Assembly (NCBI GenBank): GCA_963822945.1 | Contig: CAWGJO010000020.1 | Coordinates: forward strand, 224,001-288,000 | Direction: 5' to 3' | From: an uncultured Gemmatimonadaceae bacterium | GTDB taxonomy: Bacteria; Gemmatimonadota; Gemmatimonadetes; Gemmatimonadales; Gemmatimonadaceae | Length of the DNA stretch: 64,000 bases | Part shown: positions 21,286-30,770 of the stretch, piece by piece | Position numbering within the stretch: position 1 is the stretch's first letter | Layout: each line of letters opens with the position of its first letter | Notes under the pieces: model-generated | Seen by the model: the letters and a program-made list of their open reading frames with translations, nothing else | Databases searched by the model: none | What the model was told of the DNA's origin: nothing | Made by a program: the position numbers and the translations under genes

Positions 21286-21441
21286 ATGAAGGCAGAGCGC
21301 AAGACCCCCAAAGAGACCGAGCCGGTGGGCATCGTGATTTCCCACGAATGGCCAGACGAGAAGCCGACGGTGTTCAGCGCCTACGTTTGGGGCCCGGCGC
21401 CGGACGACCCGGCGGGAAGCGGCAAGCCGGTCGCGGCGTAG
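21286..21441 (+). CDS. Small hypothetical protein, 51 aa (below the ORF-track cutoff)
   Basis: MKAERKTPKETEPVGIVISHEWPDEKPTVFSAYVWGPAPDDPAGSGKPVAA; lies between a sigma54-like promoter and an intrinsic terminator. Confidence 0.6.
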   Translation: MKAERKTPKETEPVGIVISHEWPDEKPTVFSAYVWGPAPDDPAGSGKPVAA

Positions 21442-21466
21442 CACGCGACGGCGCATCGATGCGAGG

Positions 21467-21495
21467 CACCGGCGATGATGATCGCCGGTGTTTTT
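21467..21495 (+). terminator. Intrinsic terminator
   Basis: CACCGGCGAT-GATG-ATCGCCGGTG followed by TTTTT. Confidence 0.8.
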
Positions 21496-21545
21496 GCGTT
21501 TGGGGATGCGAGGGCGCGGGCGCTCCGATCGGTGATCCCGAACGC

Positions 21546-21577
21546 GAGAAAGCCGGCGCGATGGCGCCGGCTTTCTC
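21546..21577 (-). terminator. Terminator hairpin downstream of the histone-like gene, symmetric and possibly bidirectional
   Basis: Perfect 14-bp inverted repeat GAGAAAGCCGGCGC-GATG-GCGCCGGCTTTCTC. Confidence 0.75.
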
Positions 21578-21599
21578 AATAACAACGACGAAGAGTGTA

Positions 21600-21788
21600 C
21601 TACTTTCTCTTCTTGCGGGTGGCCTTCTTGGCCGCCTTTTTTGCCGGGCGACGCTTCGTCGCCTTCTTGGCTGTGCGACGCTTGGTCGCCTTCTTGGCCG
21701 GGCGACGCTTCGTCGCCTTCTTGGCGGTCTTGCGGCCCTTCTTCGCCGCTTTCTTGGCGCCCTTACGGGCCTTCTTTGCAGCTGCCAT
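21600..21788 (-). CDS. Histone H1-like Lys/Ala/Arg-rich protein, 62 aa
   Basis: MAAAKKARKGAKKAAKK...; three AKKATKRR[P/T] repeats; GGAGA RBS upstream and terminator downstream. Confidence 0.85.
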   Translation of the reverse strand: MAAAKKARKGAKKAAKKGRKTAKKATKRRPAKKATKRRTAKKATKRRPAKKAAKKATRKKRK

Positions 21789-22235
21789 GGTCAAATCTCC
21801 AATATTGGAGGTTGATCTACTCGACCGATCCCCCGGTGGATCAGCGAGTCGGCGACCGAGAGCCGAAGCCTTCGTCCGCCGCTACACCCGCCTCCGCGGA
21901 GACAGGTGAAGCTCGAACCCACCACACGATGTGCTGTGACGGGCCAAATGCCAGAACGTGGACCAGGTGATGCTACCTGAACCCAACGACGACTGACAAA
22001 TAAAAACGCCACGGGCAGGGTTGCTCGCGGCGCAGAAGATCGAACGATACGGCGTGGTGTGCAGGGAGCGCGAAACGTGGTGACGCGTGATACTCAACGA
22101 CAACGAACCGAACGAGGGGACGACGAACGCGCCGACGACATTGGTCGCGGCTTGCGACTGCTGCAGTTGGAGAAACGGTCGTCGCGATGAGTTCACCGAC
22201 TATCCTCGAGTTCGCGTCAATAGTTACTCCGCGCG

Positions 22236-22264
22236 AATATAGGAACGCGCCAAATCGAACGCAA
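22236..22264 (-). promoter_or_regulatory. Putative sigma70 promoter facing the histone-like gene
   Basis: TTGCGT-17 bp-TATATT on the minus strand. Confidence 0.55.
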
Positions 22265-22390
22265 TAGCGAATTTACGGCGCGCACACCGCATCGCGACGG
22301 ACTTTCGCCGCTCGGTTCACCATGCGAGTTTCCATTCGCGCCACGCGTCGTGGCGCGACACACAACACCAATAAGAGAAGCGAGGAACAC

Positions 22391-23416
22391 GTGAGAGCGC
22401 TGGTCAAGGAAACTGCGGCTCCCGGATTCACTCTGAAGGACGTACCCCAGCCGACCATCCGAGACGACGAAGTGCTGATTCGTGTGCGACGCGCCGGTGT
22501 GTGCGGCACCGACGTACACATCTACGACTGGGATGCGTGGGCGCAGGGACGCTGCAAGCCGCCGTTCGTGGTCGGGCATGAATTTGCGGGAGAAGTCGCG
22601 CAGGTCGGCAAGCTGGTGACCGACGTGCATGAGGGCGACCGTGTCACCGCCGAAGGGCATATCGTGGACGGCCGCTGCCTGCTCTGCCGCACGGGAAATT
22701 CCCACGTCTGCCCGCACACCCGGATCATCGGCGTCGACCGCGATGGCTGCTTCGCCGATTACATCGCGATGCCGGCCACCAACGTCTGGCACCTGGACGA
22801 CAACATCTCGTACGACGTGGGCGGCATCCATGATCCCATGGGGAACGCGTTCCACACCGCGCTCACGGCCGACATCCCGGGCGCGACCGTGCTCATCACC
22901 GGCTGCGGCCCGATCGGTCTGTTCGCCGTCGGCATCTGCAAAGCCGCGGGCGCGTCACGCATCATCGCGTCCGACGTCAACGAGACGCGCCTCGAACTCG
23001 CGCGCCGCATGGGCGCACACGACGTCACCCATCCCGACGAGGCGGCGACCGCGGTCTACCAGGCCACCGACGGCCTCGGCGTGGACGTCGTGCTCGAGAT
23101 GTCCGGCGTGCCGTCGGCCATCCACCAGGCCTTCGAACTCGTCCGGGTCGGCGGACGCGTCCAGATGCTCGGTATCCCATCCAAGCCGATCGAGATAAAT
23201 CTCGCCACCGAGGTCATCTTCAAGGGCATCACGATCTATGGTGTGGTGGGCCGCCGGATGTACGAGACCTGGCACCAGGTGACGCGCTTCCTGCGGTCGG
23301 GTATGTTCGATCCGACCCCGGTGATCACCCACCGCTTCCCGCTCGAGCGAGCCGACGAGGCGATCCACGCCATCAAGTCGGGGGCAGCGGGGAAGGTGAT
23401 TTTCGAGATTGCGTGA
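22391..23416 (+). CDS. tdh: L-threonine 3-dehydrogenase
   Basis: GVCGTDVHIY, GHEFAG, GCGPIG and GRRMYETW motifs; GAGGA RBS before the GTG start. Confidence 0.95.
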   Translation: MRALVKETAAPGFTLKDVPQPTIRDDEVLIRVRRAGVCGTDVHIYDWDAWAQGRCKPPFVVGHEFAGEVAQVGKLVTDVHEGDRVTAEGHIVDGRCLLCRTGNSHVCPHTRIIGVDRDGCFADYIAMPATNVWHLDDNISYDVGGIHDPMGNAFHTALTADIPGATVLITGCGPIGLFAVGICKAAGASRIIASDVNETRLELARRMGAHDVTHPDEAATAVYQATDGLGVDVVLEMSGVPSAIHQAFELVRVGGRVQMLGIPSKPIEINLATEVIFKGITIYGVVGRRMYETWHQVTRFLRSGMFDPTPVITHRFPLERADEAIHAIKSGAAGKVIFEIA

Positions 23417-23434
23417 CTTGGAGGCAATTGGATC

Positions 23435-24640
23435 ATGGCCGTGAATCAGAACTTCGTTCGCGAGTTGAACGCCACCCTCGACCAGTTGAAGGCCGAGCGC
23501 GTCTATAAGAAGCTCAACCACCTCGAATCGCCCCAGGCGGCGCGCGTCCATATGGAAGGGCGCGGCGAGGTGATCATCCTCTCGTCCAACAACTACCTCG
23601 GGCTGTGCAACGAGCCCGCCGTGGTGCAGGCCGGCATCCGCGGCCTCGAGACGTTCGGGGCCGGCACGGGAAGCGTCCGCTTCATCTGCGGCACGTTCAC
23701 CGTGCACCGCGACCTCGAGGCGGCCCTCGCCCGGTTCGTCGGATGCGAGGCATCGATGAGCTATGTGAGCGCCTGGAATGCCAACGAGGGACTCACCGCC
23801 ACCATCGTCCAGGAGGGCGACTTCGTGGTGAGCGACGCCCTCAACCACGCCTCGATCATCGACTCCATTCGCCTCGCCAAGGCGATCACCAAGTGCACCA
23901 CCGCCGTCTACAAGCACAACGACCTGGACGACCTCCGCGCCAAGCTCGAGAGCGCGAAGTCGGCGAAGCGCCGCCTGATCTGGACCGATGGCGTGTTCTC
24001 CATGGAAGGGTCGATCGCCAAACTGCCCGAGCTCGTCCAGATGGCGCGGGATTACGATGCCGTCCTCATCGTCGACGACTCGCACGCCACCGGCGTGCTC
24101 GGCAAATCCGGACGCGGCACCGCCGAGCACTTCGGACTGCTCGGAGAGATCGACGTCATCACCTCGACGCTCGGCAAGGCGCTGGGCGGCGCGGCGGGCG
24201 GCTTCACCGCGGGCCCGTTGGCGCTCACCGACTACCTGATCCAGCGCTCCCGTCCCCAACTCTTTTCCAACGCGCTGCCCCCCACCGTGGCGGCCAGCGC
24301 GCTGGCCGCCGTGGAGTTCATCGAGCAGCACCCCGACCGGGTGCAGACGCTGCGCGACAACGCGGCGTACTTCCGCCAACAGATCATCGAGGCCGGGTTC
24401 AAGCCCCTGGCCGGAGAAACGCCCATCGTCCCGATCATCGTTGGCGAGACCGCCGCGGCGATTCAGATGTCCGACATGCTGCTGGACGCGGGTGTGTTCG
24501 TGACCGGATTCGGATTCCCGGTCGTGCCGAAGGGGGAGGCCCGGGTCCGCTGTCAGATCTCGGCTGCCCACACCAGAGCCGACCTCGACGCCGCGATCGA
24601 CGCGTTCAAACGGGTGGGGAAGAAGTTGGGACTGGTATAA
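23435..24640 (+). CDS. kbl: Glycine C-acetyltransferase (2-amino-3-ketobutyrate CoA ligase)
   Basis: SNNYLGL, SVRFICGT, DGVFSM and TLGKALGG motifs; adjacent to tdh. Confidence 0.93.
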   Translation: MAVNQNFVRELNATLDQLKAERVYKKLNHLESPQAARVHMEGRGEVIILSSNNYLGLCNEPAVVQAGIRGLETFGAGTGSVRFICGTFTVHRDLEAALARFVGCEASMSYVSAWNANEGLTATIVQEGDFVVSDALNHASIIDSIRLAKAITKCTTAVYKHNDLDDLRAKLESAKSAKRRLIWTDGVFSMEGSIAKLPELVQMARDYDAVLIVDDSHATGVLGKSGRGTAEHFGLLGEIDVITSTLGKALGGAAGGFTAGPLALTDYLIQRSRPQLFSNALPPTVAASALAAVEFIEQHPDRVQTLRDNAAYFRQQIIEAGFKPLAGETPIVPIIVGETAAAIQMSDMLLDAGVFVTGFGFPVVPKGEARVRCQISAAHTRADLDAAIDAFKRVGKKLGLV

Positions 24641-24814
24641 GGGGAGAGGCCAAAGGGGGAAACGACGGGGCCCCGCTCTACCCGTTCACCCCCGCAAACG
24701 GACGGGCCGGGCGGGGGTGGGCGCCGGGGGCCTTGTGACCCCACCCCCCCTGCCCTCGTCCCTCTGTCGGGGCATCAGTGACTGCAGGCCCCAGACTTCA
24801 CCCCGAGGATTCGT

Positions 24815-25480
24815 ATGAAAGCGATCCGTACGCTGGCGGCTGCCCTGGCGGTATTCATGCTCTTGCCGGCCGCCGGAATGGCTCAGACCGCCCGGCCGTT
24901 CCAGAACTCCTGGTTCTGGGGCGTCAAGGCCGGCGGCACGTTCATCTCGGCGCCGAGCAACTCCAATGTGACGTCGGGCATGGCGGGCATCGATTGGCTC
25001 ATCACACGCAAGCGGGGCGGCGTGTACATGTCGCTCGACCAGTCGTTCCTGTCCCAGAATGCGGTGCTGGCCGATGCGGTGAACCCCGGCGAAACACCGA
25101 CCGTCGTGAACCTCAAGGACATGCGCCGGCTCACGGTTGCCATCATGGGGTATCCCGGTGACTGGGTGCGCTTCCATCCCTATGTGGGACTCGGCATGAC
25201 GTACAGCTCCGTCACGCAGGTCGTGCCGCAGACTGCATATGCGTCGACGGACCAGTACACGCTGGCCCAAACGATCATCCAGCAATACAAGTCGGTGTTT
25301 TCGCCGACGTTGCTGCTGGGTGCTCAGATGCAGTACCGCAACGCGGCGGTCTTCGTACAGGCCATGGGCTGGCAGGCCAACCAGAACTTCTTCCTGTCGT
25401 CGAACAGCCGCGGCTACAACGCGTCGCTGGAAGCCGGCGTCCGGTACAACTTCGGCAGCTCGATCCAACCGGATCGCTGA
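24815..25480 (+). CDS. Small outer-membrane beta-barrel protein
   Basis: Signal peptide, alternating beta-strand pattern, PYVGLG and EAGVRYNF motifs. Confidence 0.7.
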   Translation: MKAIRTLAAALAVFMLLPAAGMAQTARPFQNSWFWGVKAGGTFISAPSNSNVTSGMAGIDWLITRKRGGVYMSLDQSFLSQNAVLADAVNPGETPTVVNLKDMRRLTVAIMGYPGDWVRFHPYVGLGMTYSSVTQVVPQTAYASTDQYTLAQTIIQQYKSVFSPTLLLGAQMQYRNAAVFVQAMGWQANQNFFLSSNSRGYNASLEAGVRYNFGSSIQPDR

Positions 25481-25552
25481 GCGGTTCCGATTCTCACGCG
25501 ACGGGCGCGGATCCGACGGATCCGCGCCCGCTCGCCGTTCAGTGACCCGGGG

Positions 25553-26743
25553 TCAGGTCTCCGACGCGGGCCGGTCGAGCACCGTGCGTATGACCCGGAG
25601 CATGTTGCCACCCAGTACCTTGGCCACGTCGGCGGCACGGTAGCCACGGTCGAGCAGCGCCTGCGCGATGTTCGGGAGGTACGTCACGTCGAGCATGCCG
25701 GCGGGAAGCAGTTGGTCGACGCCGTCGAAGTCACTGCCCAGCCCCACGTGGTCCACGCCGGCCACCCGGGCCACGTGATCGATATGGTCGATGAGCAGTG
25801 AGAGCGGAGGACGCGGAATGGCGTGGAGGCGCTCGCGCAACATCCGCGCGTGCTCGGCTTGCACGGTGGCCCGATCGGCGCCGGGCCGGGCCGCCGCCGC
25901 CTCCTCCTCGGCTGCGATCGCCAGCCGCAACCGGTCCGCAACCGCCGCGATGGCGGGATCGAGAAACACGGAGAAGAAGTTGGCGTTGACCACTCCGCCG
26001 GTGCGGGCCACGGCGCGCAGCATGTCGTCCGACAGATTCCGGGGATGGGCTGAGATCGCGCGCGCGCCCGAGTGCGAGGCGATGATCGGGGCCCGGGAAG
26101 TCGCCACCACGTCGTCGAACGTCGCGTCCGATACGTGCGACACGTCCACCATCATGCCGAGCCGGTTCATCTCCCGTACGACGTCCTTGCCGAAGTCGGT
26201 GAGCCCGCCCGTGCGGGTCCCGTGTTCCCCGATCGACGACCCGGCCCAGTCGTTGCCGTTGTTCCAGGTGAGGGTCAGGTAGCGCGCTCCCCGGCGGTAC
26301 AACTCCCGTAGCCGGTCCAGCGAGTTCTCGATGGCGTGCCCGCCCTCGACGCCGATGAAGATGGCCACCGTTCCCTCGCGCTTGGCACGGAGCACATCGT
26401 GCGACGTGGTCGCGAGATGCAACCGTTTCGGATGCCGGCTCACGAACGCGTGGATGGTGTCGAGACACGCCTGGACGCGCGACCACGACTGCTCGGGCCG
26501 GACCTCGGCGTACCGCGCGTGCACGAACGCCGCGAGGAACTGGGCGGTGATCCCCGACTCCACCAGGCGCGGCAGATCGGTCTCGCCGCGGTCGCTGCCG
26601 TATCCCGCGGCATGGCGGACGTCGGCATCGTAGCCGTCCTCGAGGATCCGGTTCGGCAGATCGTTGTGCATGTCGATCACGATCGACCGGCGGTAGAGTT
26701 CGGCCGCCTGCGCCGAGAGCGGGGCCGCGTCGGGGGCGTTCAC
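25553..26743 (-). CDS. Membrane dipeptidase (M19 family)
   Basis: DMHND, GVEGGH, DVSH, ASHS and GLGSDFDG motifs. Confidence 0.92.
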   Translation of the reverse strand: MNAPDAAPLSAQAAELYRRSIVIDMHNDLPNRILEDGYDADVRHAAGYGSDRGETDLPRLVESGITAQFLAAFVHARYAEVRPEQSWSRVQACLDTIHAFVSRHPKRLHLATTSHDVLRAKREGTVAIFIGVEGGHAIENSLDRLRELYRRGARYLTLTWNNGNDWAGSSIGEHGTRTGGLTDFGKDVVREMNRLGMMVDVSHVSDATFDDVVATSRAPIIASHSGARAISAHPRNLSDDMLRAVARTGGVVNANFFSVFLDPAIAAVADRLRLAIAAEEEAAAARPGADRATVQAEHARMLRERLHAIPRPPLSLLIDHIDHVARVAGVDHVGLGSDFDGVDQLLPAGMLDVTYLPNIAQALLDRGYRAADVAKVLGGNMLRVIRTVLDRPASET

Positions 26744-27396
26744 CGGAGATACGGCTGGCGCGCGAAGCTCGATGGAGTGCGCGATACATAGGGAGAGCCG
26801 GCGACGGCGAACCGCAGGGGCCAGTCGGCGGCCCGGCGGATGCCGATGCGCGGCGTCACGACGACGTCGGCGTCAGACACCGGCGTGCCGGCGCGGATGA
26901 GGAGCGGCGCGCGTTGCAGGGAACGCGTATTGTGTCGGGCGTCGATGCCCAACGCCTCGCAGAGTTTGGCCGGTCCATTGGTGAGGTCGGGATCGCGTCG
27001 CACGGCGCCGCGGCGGCGGCGCATGAGCTCGAGGCCCTCCAGCGGCTCGACGGCCCGGATCAACACCGCGCTGGGCTCGCCGCGGAGGCGCGTGACGGCA
27101 TTCACACACCAGTGCATGCCGTAGATGAAATACACGTACGCAGTGCCGGGCGGTCCGTACAGCGGCGCCGTGCGCGCGGTCAGCCCGGCGGCCGCGTGAC
27201 AGGCCGCGTCGTGCTCGCCGAGATAGGCTTCGGTCTCCACGATGCGGCCGCCCGCCACGCCCTGGGGCGTGCGGCATTCGAGCACCGCCCCCAGCAATTC
27301 GCGCGCGACCGTTTCCGTATCGCGCGCGTAGAACCGAGCCGGGAGAACGGTGCGCCGGCCCGGGCGCCGCGCGTGCTGCGCGGCGCTCGAGGTCAC
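26740..27396 (-). CDS. DNA-3-methyladenine glycosylase (AAG/MPG family)
   Basis: IVETEAY, YVYFIYGMH, NGPAKLC and TPRIGI motifs. Confidence 0.92.
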   Translation of the reverse strand: MTSSAAQHARRPGRRTVLPARFYARDTETVARELLGAVLECRTPQGVAGGRIVETEAYLGEHDAACHAAAGLTARTAPLYGPPGTAYVYFIYGMHWCVNAVTRLRGEPSAVLIRAVEPLEGLELMRRRRGAVRRDPDLTNGPAKLCEALGIDARHNTRSLQRAPLLIRAGTPVSDADVVVTPRIGIRRAADWPLRFAVAGSPYVSRTPSSFARQPYLR

Positions 27397-29099
27397 GACT
27401 CGGACTTCGCCGAATCCGCGGGTTTCGCCGTCTTCTTGGTGGCGCGGCGCTTGCGCGGCTTCTTCGCGGCGGCGGGCGCTTCGCCCGCCGCACTCTCGGC
27501 GGTCTTGGTCGTCGTCTTCGCGGTCGCGCGCTTCCGGGCGCGCTTCCGCGGCGCCGGCTTCTCCTCGGCCGCGGGCTCCGCCGGCACCGCGGCAGCGGGA
27601 CTCACCGTCCCCACCACCCCCACCGAGAGCAACTCCGGCGGCGGTGCACCCGGTTTGCCGCCACGTCCCCGTGCTCCGCCTCCGCGCGGCCCCATCCCGA
27701 TCCGCGGGGCCGCCGCGGCCGGCGCTGCCGGAGGCGCCGCTGCCGACGCGGCGGCCGCCAGCTGGTCGGCCACCGGCGGTGCGCTCACGGCGCGCGAGAC
27801 GTCGAAATCGTCGCCATGGCGCCGGAGATCGACGACGTCGGCATCGTGCGCGTCCTGGAGAATGCGCGTGAAGTTGCGCTCGCTCAGGCTCTCGCTGTCG
27901 CGGCCCAACAGCTCGTGGGCGCGCTGGCGAACCGCGCTGGCGGTGACGGACTCGTCGCCCGGGGCGAGCGTCTCGATGGCCCGGCGCACGAGGTCGAAGG
28001 CCTCGCTGCGGGTCAGGCGCTCACCACTGGCGCCGATGCCGCCCGCAGGCTTGGCGGACGGCACGGCCGGCGCTTCGCCCGCCGGCGTACCGGAGGCTTC
28101 GAGTTCGAGCTGGGGCGCTTCGCCGCCACGACCGCCGCGTCCGCGTCCACGCCCGCCGCGGCGTCCGCGACGGCCGGCGCGCTCTTCCGCGCCGGCTTCG
28201 GTCCGCTCGGGCCGCTCGGCCGGCGCCGCCGGGGCGCTCTCGGTCGGTTTGGCCGCCGGTTTGGCGCCGGCCGTCGGCATGCCGACTTCGAGCTGGCCGT
28301 TCTCGAGCTTGGTCAGCGTCACCAGCCCACGGGCGGCGGCGTCCTGCACGAACTTCGAGAACTTGGAGTGGCCCGTGTTCTTCTCATCGAACGTGCTGTC
28401 GATGTCCTGCATCACCTGCTTCAGCCGGTCGGAGCGCATGACGTCGCCGTTCCGCTTCATGCGGCCGATGGCTTCGGTGACGAGTTCCCACGGATCGTAC
28501 TTCCGCGTCGTGTCTTCCTCGCCCGCCTTCATCAGGCCGGCGAGCGCGTTGTAGCTGTAGTACTCGTCGCAGTTCATGACGAGCAGATCGCTCGACGATT
28601 CCCGGATGCCGACGCCGATCACGTACTTGCCGTACTCCTTGAGCTTGATCACCAGGCTCGAGAAGTCGGAGTCGCCGGAGAGGAGAATGAAGGTGCCGAT
28701 CTCGGGCCGCGTGAACACCAGTTCGAGCGCATCGATGGCGAGGCGGATGTCGGTGGCGTTCTTCTTCGACGATCCGTAGGCCGGCGCGAAGATCAGGTCG
28801 ATCGAGGCTTCCGTGAGCGGGACGATGTACTGCGGATACCGGCGCCAGTCGGCGTAGGCGCGTTGGACGGCGACCTTGCCCTTGATGATGTCGGAGCCGA
28901 GCAGGTTCCGCAGTTCGTGCCCGAGGTCGGAACGAATCCCCATCGTGACGTTGTCGAAGTCGATGAGGAGCGCCGCGTTGGGCGCGTGCAGCGGGACGGC
29001 GGTGACTGGATGGGTCTGTGCGACCGCGGCCTGCGGGCCACGGTGGACGAGTGCGCCGTGCGAGCGCGTGGGCTCGCGGCGCTGATTACGAGGGTTCAT
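27393..29099 (-). CDS. NYN (LabA/DUF88) ribonuclease-domain protein with LOTUS/OST-HTH-like domains and a basic tail
   Basis: LIDFDN, KNATDIRLAIDA and LSGDSDF motifs; FDEKNTGHSKFSKFV (LOTUS-like). Confidence 0.88.
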   Translation of the reverse strand: MNPRNQRREPTRSHGALVHRGPQAAVAQTHPVTAVPLHAPNAALLIDFDNVTMGIRSDLGHELRNLLGSDIIKGKVAVQRAYADWRRYPQYIVPLTEASIDLIFAPAYGSSKKNATDIRLAIDALELVFTRPEIGTFILLSGDSDFSSLVIKLKEYGKYVIGVGIRESSSDLLVMNCDEYYSYNALAGLMKAGEEDTTRKYDPWELVTEAIGRMKRNGDVMRSDRLKQVMQDIDSTFDEKNTGHSKFSKFVQDAAARGLVTLTKLENGQLEVGMPTAGAKPAAKPTESAPAAPAERPERTEAGAEERAGRRGRRGGRGRGRGGRGGEAPQLELEASGTPAGEAPAVPSAKPAGGIGASGERLTRSEAFDLVRRAIETLAPGDESVTASAVRQRAHELLGRDSESLSERNFTRILQDAHDADVVDLRRHGDDFDVSRAVSAPPVADQLAAAASAAAPPAAPAAAAPRIGMGPRGGGARGRGGKPGAPPPELLSVGVVGTVSPAAAVPAEPAAEEKPAPRKRARKRATAKTTTKTAESAAGEAPAAAKKPRKRRATKKTAKPADSAKSES

Positions 29100-29516
29100 G
29101 CCCTTCCCTGTGTCGAGTCCGGACGGACTCTTGGCGGTTGTCAGTTCGACCGCCAGGCGCGAGGGGCAGATCGTCCGTGAAAAGGATCGCAGACGATCGT
29201 CACCGAGCAGCGCCCGTCGATCGGCACGCGACCCACATGACGGCCCGCTTCAACAGCGGCGCCGCAGCGGATCTCGCTTCGGAGGACGCGCATCGAGCGG
29301 CGTCCTCCCGGCAAGCGTGCAGTTGCCGTGTTGGCATCCGGTCCGCGAACCGCGCCACCGCTCTGACGGTGGTGTGTGCGGAGGACCGAATGCCAGCCGT
29401 GAAATGTATCGCGTAACCGGATGGGGGGAAAGAGCGTGCGGGTGGTTGGCCGTGCGCCGCCCCTGTATGTTAGGAGCGAAACCGCCGCGACGTGTTCGCG
29501 TACGGAGGGAGGGCAT

Positions 29517-30770
29517 GTGAAGCGTATCGGGTTTCGCAGCCGGCTGTTTGTCATCCTCCTGTCGTTCGCCCTCGTACCCTCCGCGGTGCTGGCGACCGGC
29601 TGGTTCGCCACGAGCCGGTACGCCTTCTCGCTGGTCGGCGCCACGGCGGCGTGGGACAGCGTCGCGGCCAGCGGCGCGCGGGCCATCGATGCCATGCGGT
29701 CGGCACCCCTCACCGCGGCCCAGCGGCGGGCCATCAACGCGCACGAGCAGCGGCTCCACGACAGCCTGGTGCAGTCCAAGCGCGCCGGGTTCGTGTTCCA
29801 GCGGGCCGTCTACCTGGCCGGCGCCGTGATCCTCCTGTTCTCGTTGGGCGTGGTCGGGCTCGGCGCCTCCCGCGTCGCCGGCCACCTGAGCCGCCAGTTG
29901 AGCCGGCCGCTCATGGAGTTGATGGGGTGGACGGAGCGCATTGGGCGCGGTGAGATCCTGCCGCCGGAGTCGACCACGCGCGGCGCGCCGGAGTTCGAGG
30001 TCCTCCGGGGCCGGATGCGGACGATGGCCGACGAGATCGCGCTCGGACGCACGCGGGCCATCGAAGCCGAGCGGGCCGCCGCGCTCCGCGAGGCGGCCCG
30101 CCAGGCGGCGCACGAACTCAAGAACCCGCTCACGCCCATCCGATTCGCCGTCGCCCGACTGCGCCGGGATGCCCCGCCGGAGCTCGAGGAGACCGTGGAG
30201 GTGCTCGCCACGGAAACGGCCCGGCTGGAGACACTGGCCCGGAACTTCTCGCAATTCGGCAAACTGCCCGAAGGCCCCCGCTCGCCGGTGGACCTTGGGG
30301 AGATGGTGCGGTATACGGCGCGCGCCTCGGTGCCCGACGGCATGCCGCTCACGCTCGAGGTGGACGCGGCGGCTCCGATGGTGCTGGGCCACCACGATGC
30401 ACTGCAGCGAGCGCTGAGCAACGTGGTGCTGAACGCGGTGGATGCCTGCCGCGAGGCGGGGGGCGGGGCGATCACGGTACGCGTGGCGCCCGCCGGCTGC
30501 AGAGGGCGGGACGCGGTGGCGGTCGAGGTGCACGATACGGGACCGGGGATCCCGCCCGACCGGCTGGCCCGCATGTGGGATCCGTACGTGACGTTCAAAC
30601 CGGGCGGGACCGGCCTGGGGCTGGCCATCGCACGGCAGGCCATGTTGGCGCACGACGGCGAGGTGACGGCCGAGAGCGCGCCGGGCGAGGGGACGACCAT
30701 CCGGATGGTGATCCCGGTGGGCGCCGAGCAGCCGGTGGAGGACAGCGCAACCACAAGGAGTGAGGCATGA
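29517..30770 (+). CDS. HAMP sensor histidine kinase (NtrY-like H box)
   Basis: Two TM helices; AHELKNPLTPI, NVVLNA, DTGPGI and GTGLGL motifs. Confidence 0.93.
   Translation: MKRIGFRSRLFVILLSFALVPSAVLATGWFATSRYAFSLVGATAAWDSVAASGARAIDAMRSAPLTAAQRRAINAHEQRLHDSLVQSKRAGFVFQRAVYLAGAVILLFSLGVVGLGASRVAGHLSRQLSRPLMELMGWTERIGRGEILPPESTTRGAPEFEVLRGRMRTMADEIALGRTRAIEAERAAALREAARQAAHELKNPLTPIRFAVARLRRDAPPELEETVEVLATETARLETLARNFSQFGKLPEGPRSPVDLGEMVRYTARASVPDGMPLTLEVDAAAPMVLGHHDALQRALSNVVLNAVDACREAGGGAITVRVAPAGCRGRDAVAVEVHDTGPGIPPDRLARMWDPYVTFKPGGTGLGLAIARQAMLAHDGEVTAESAPGEGTTIRMVIPVGAEQPVEDSATTRSEA

Noticed and set aside
29331..29348. Sigma54 promoter TTGGCATCCGGTCCGC upstream of the histidine kinase
   Set aside because: GG-N10-GC spacing is present, but the -12 element is poor and I found no matching enhancer at the expected distance; too weak to call.
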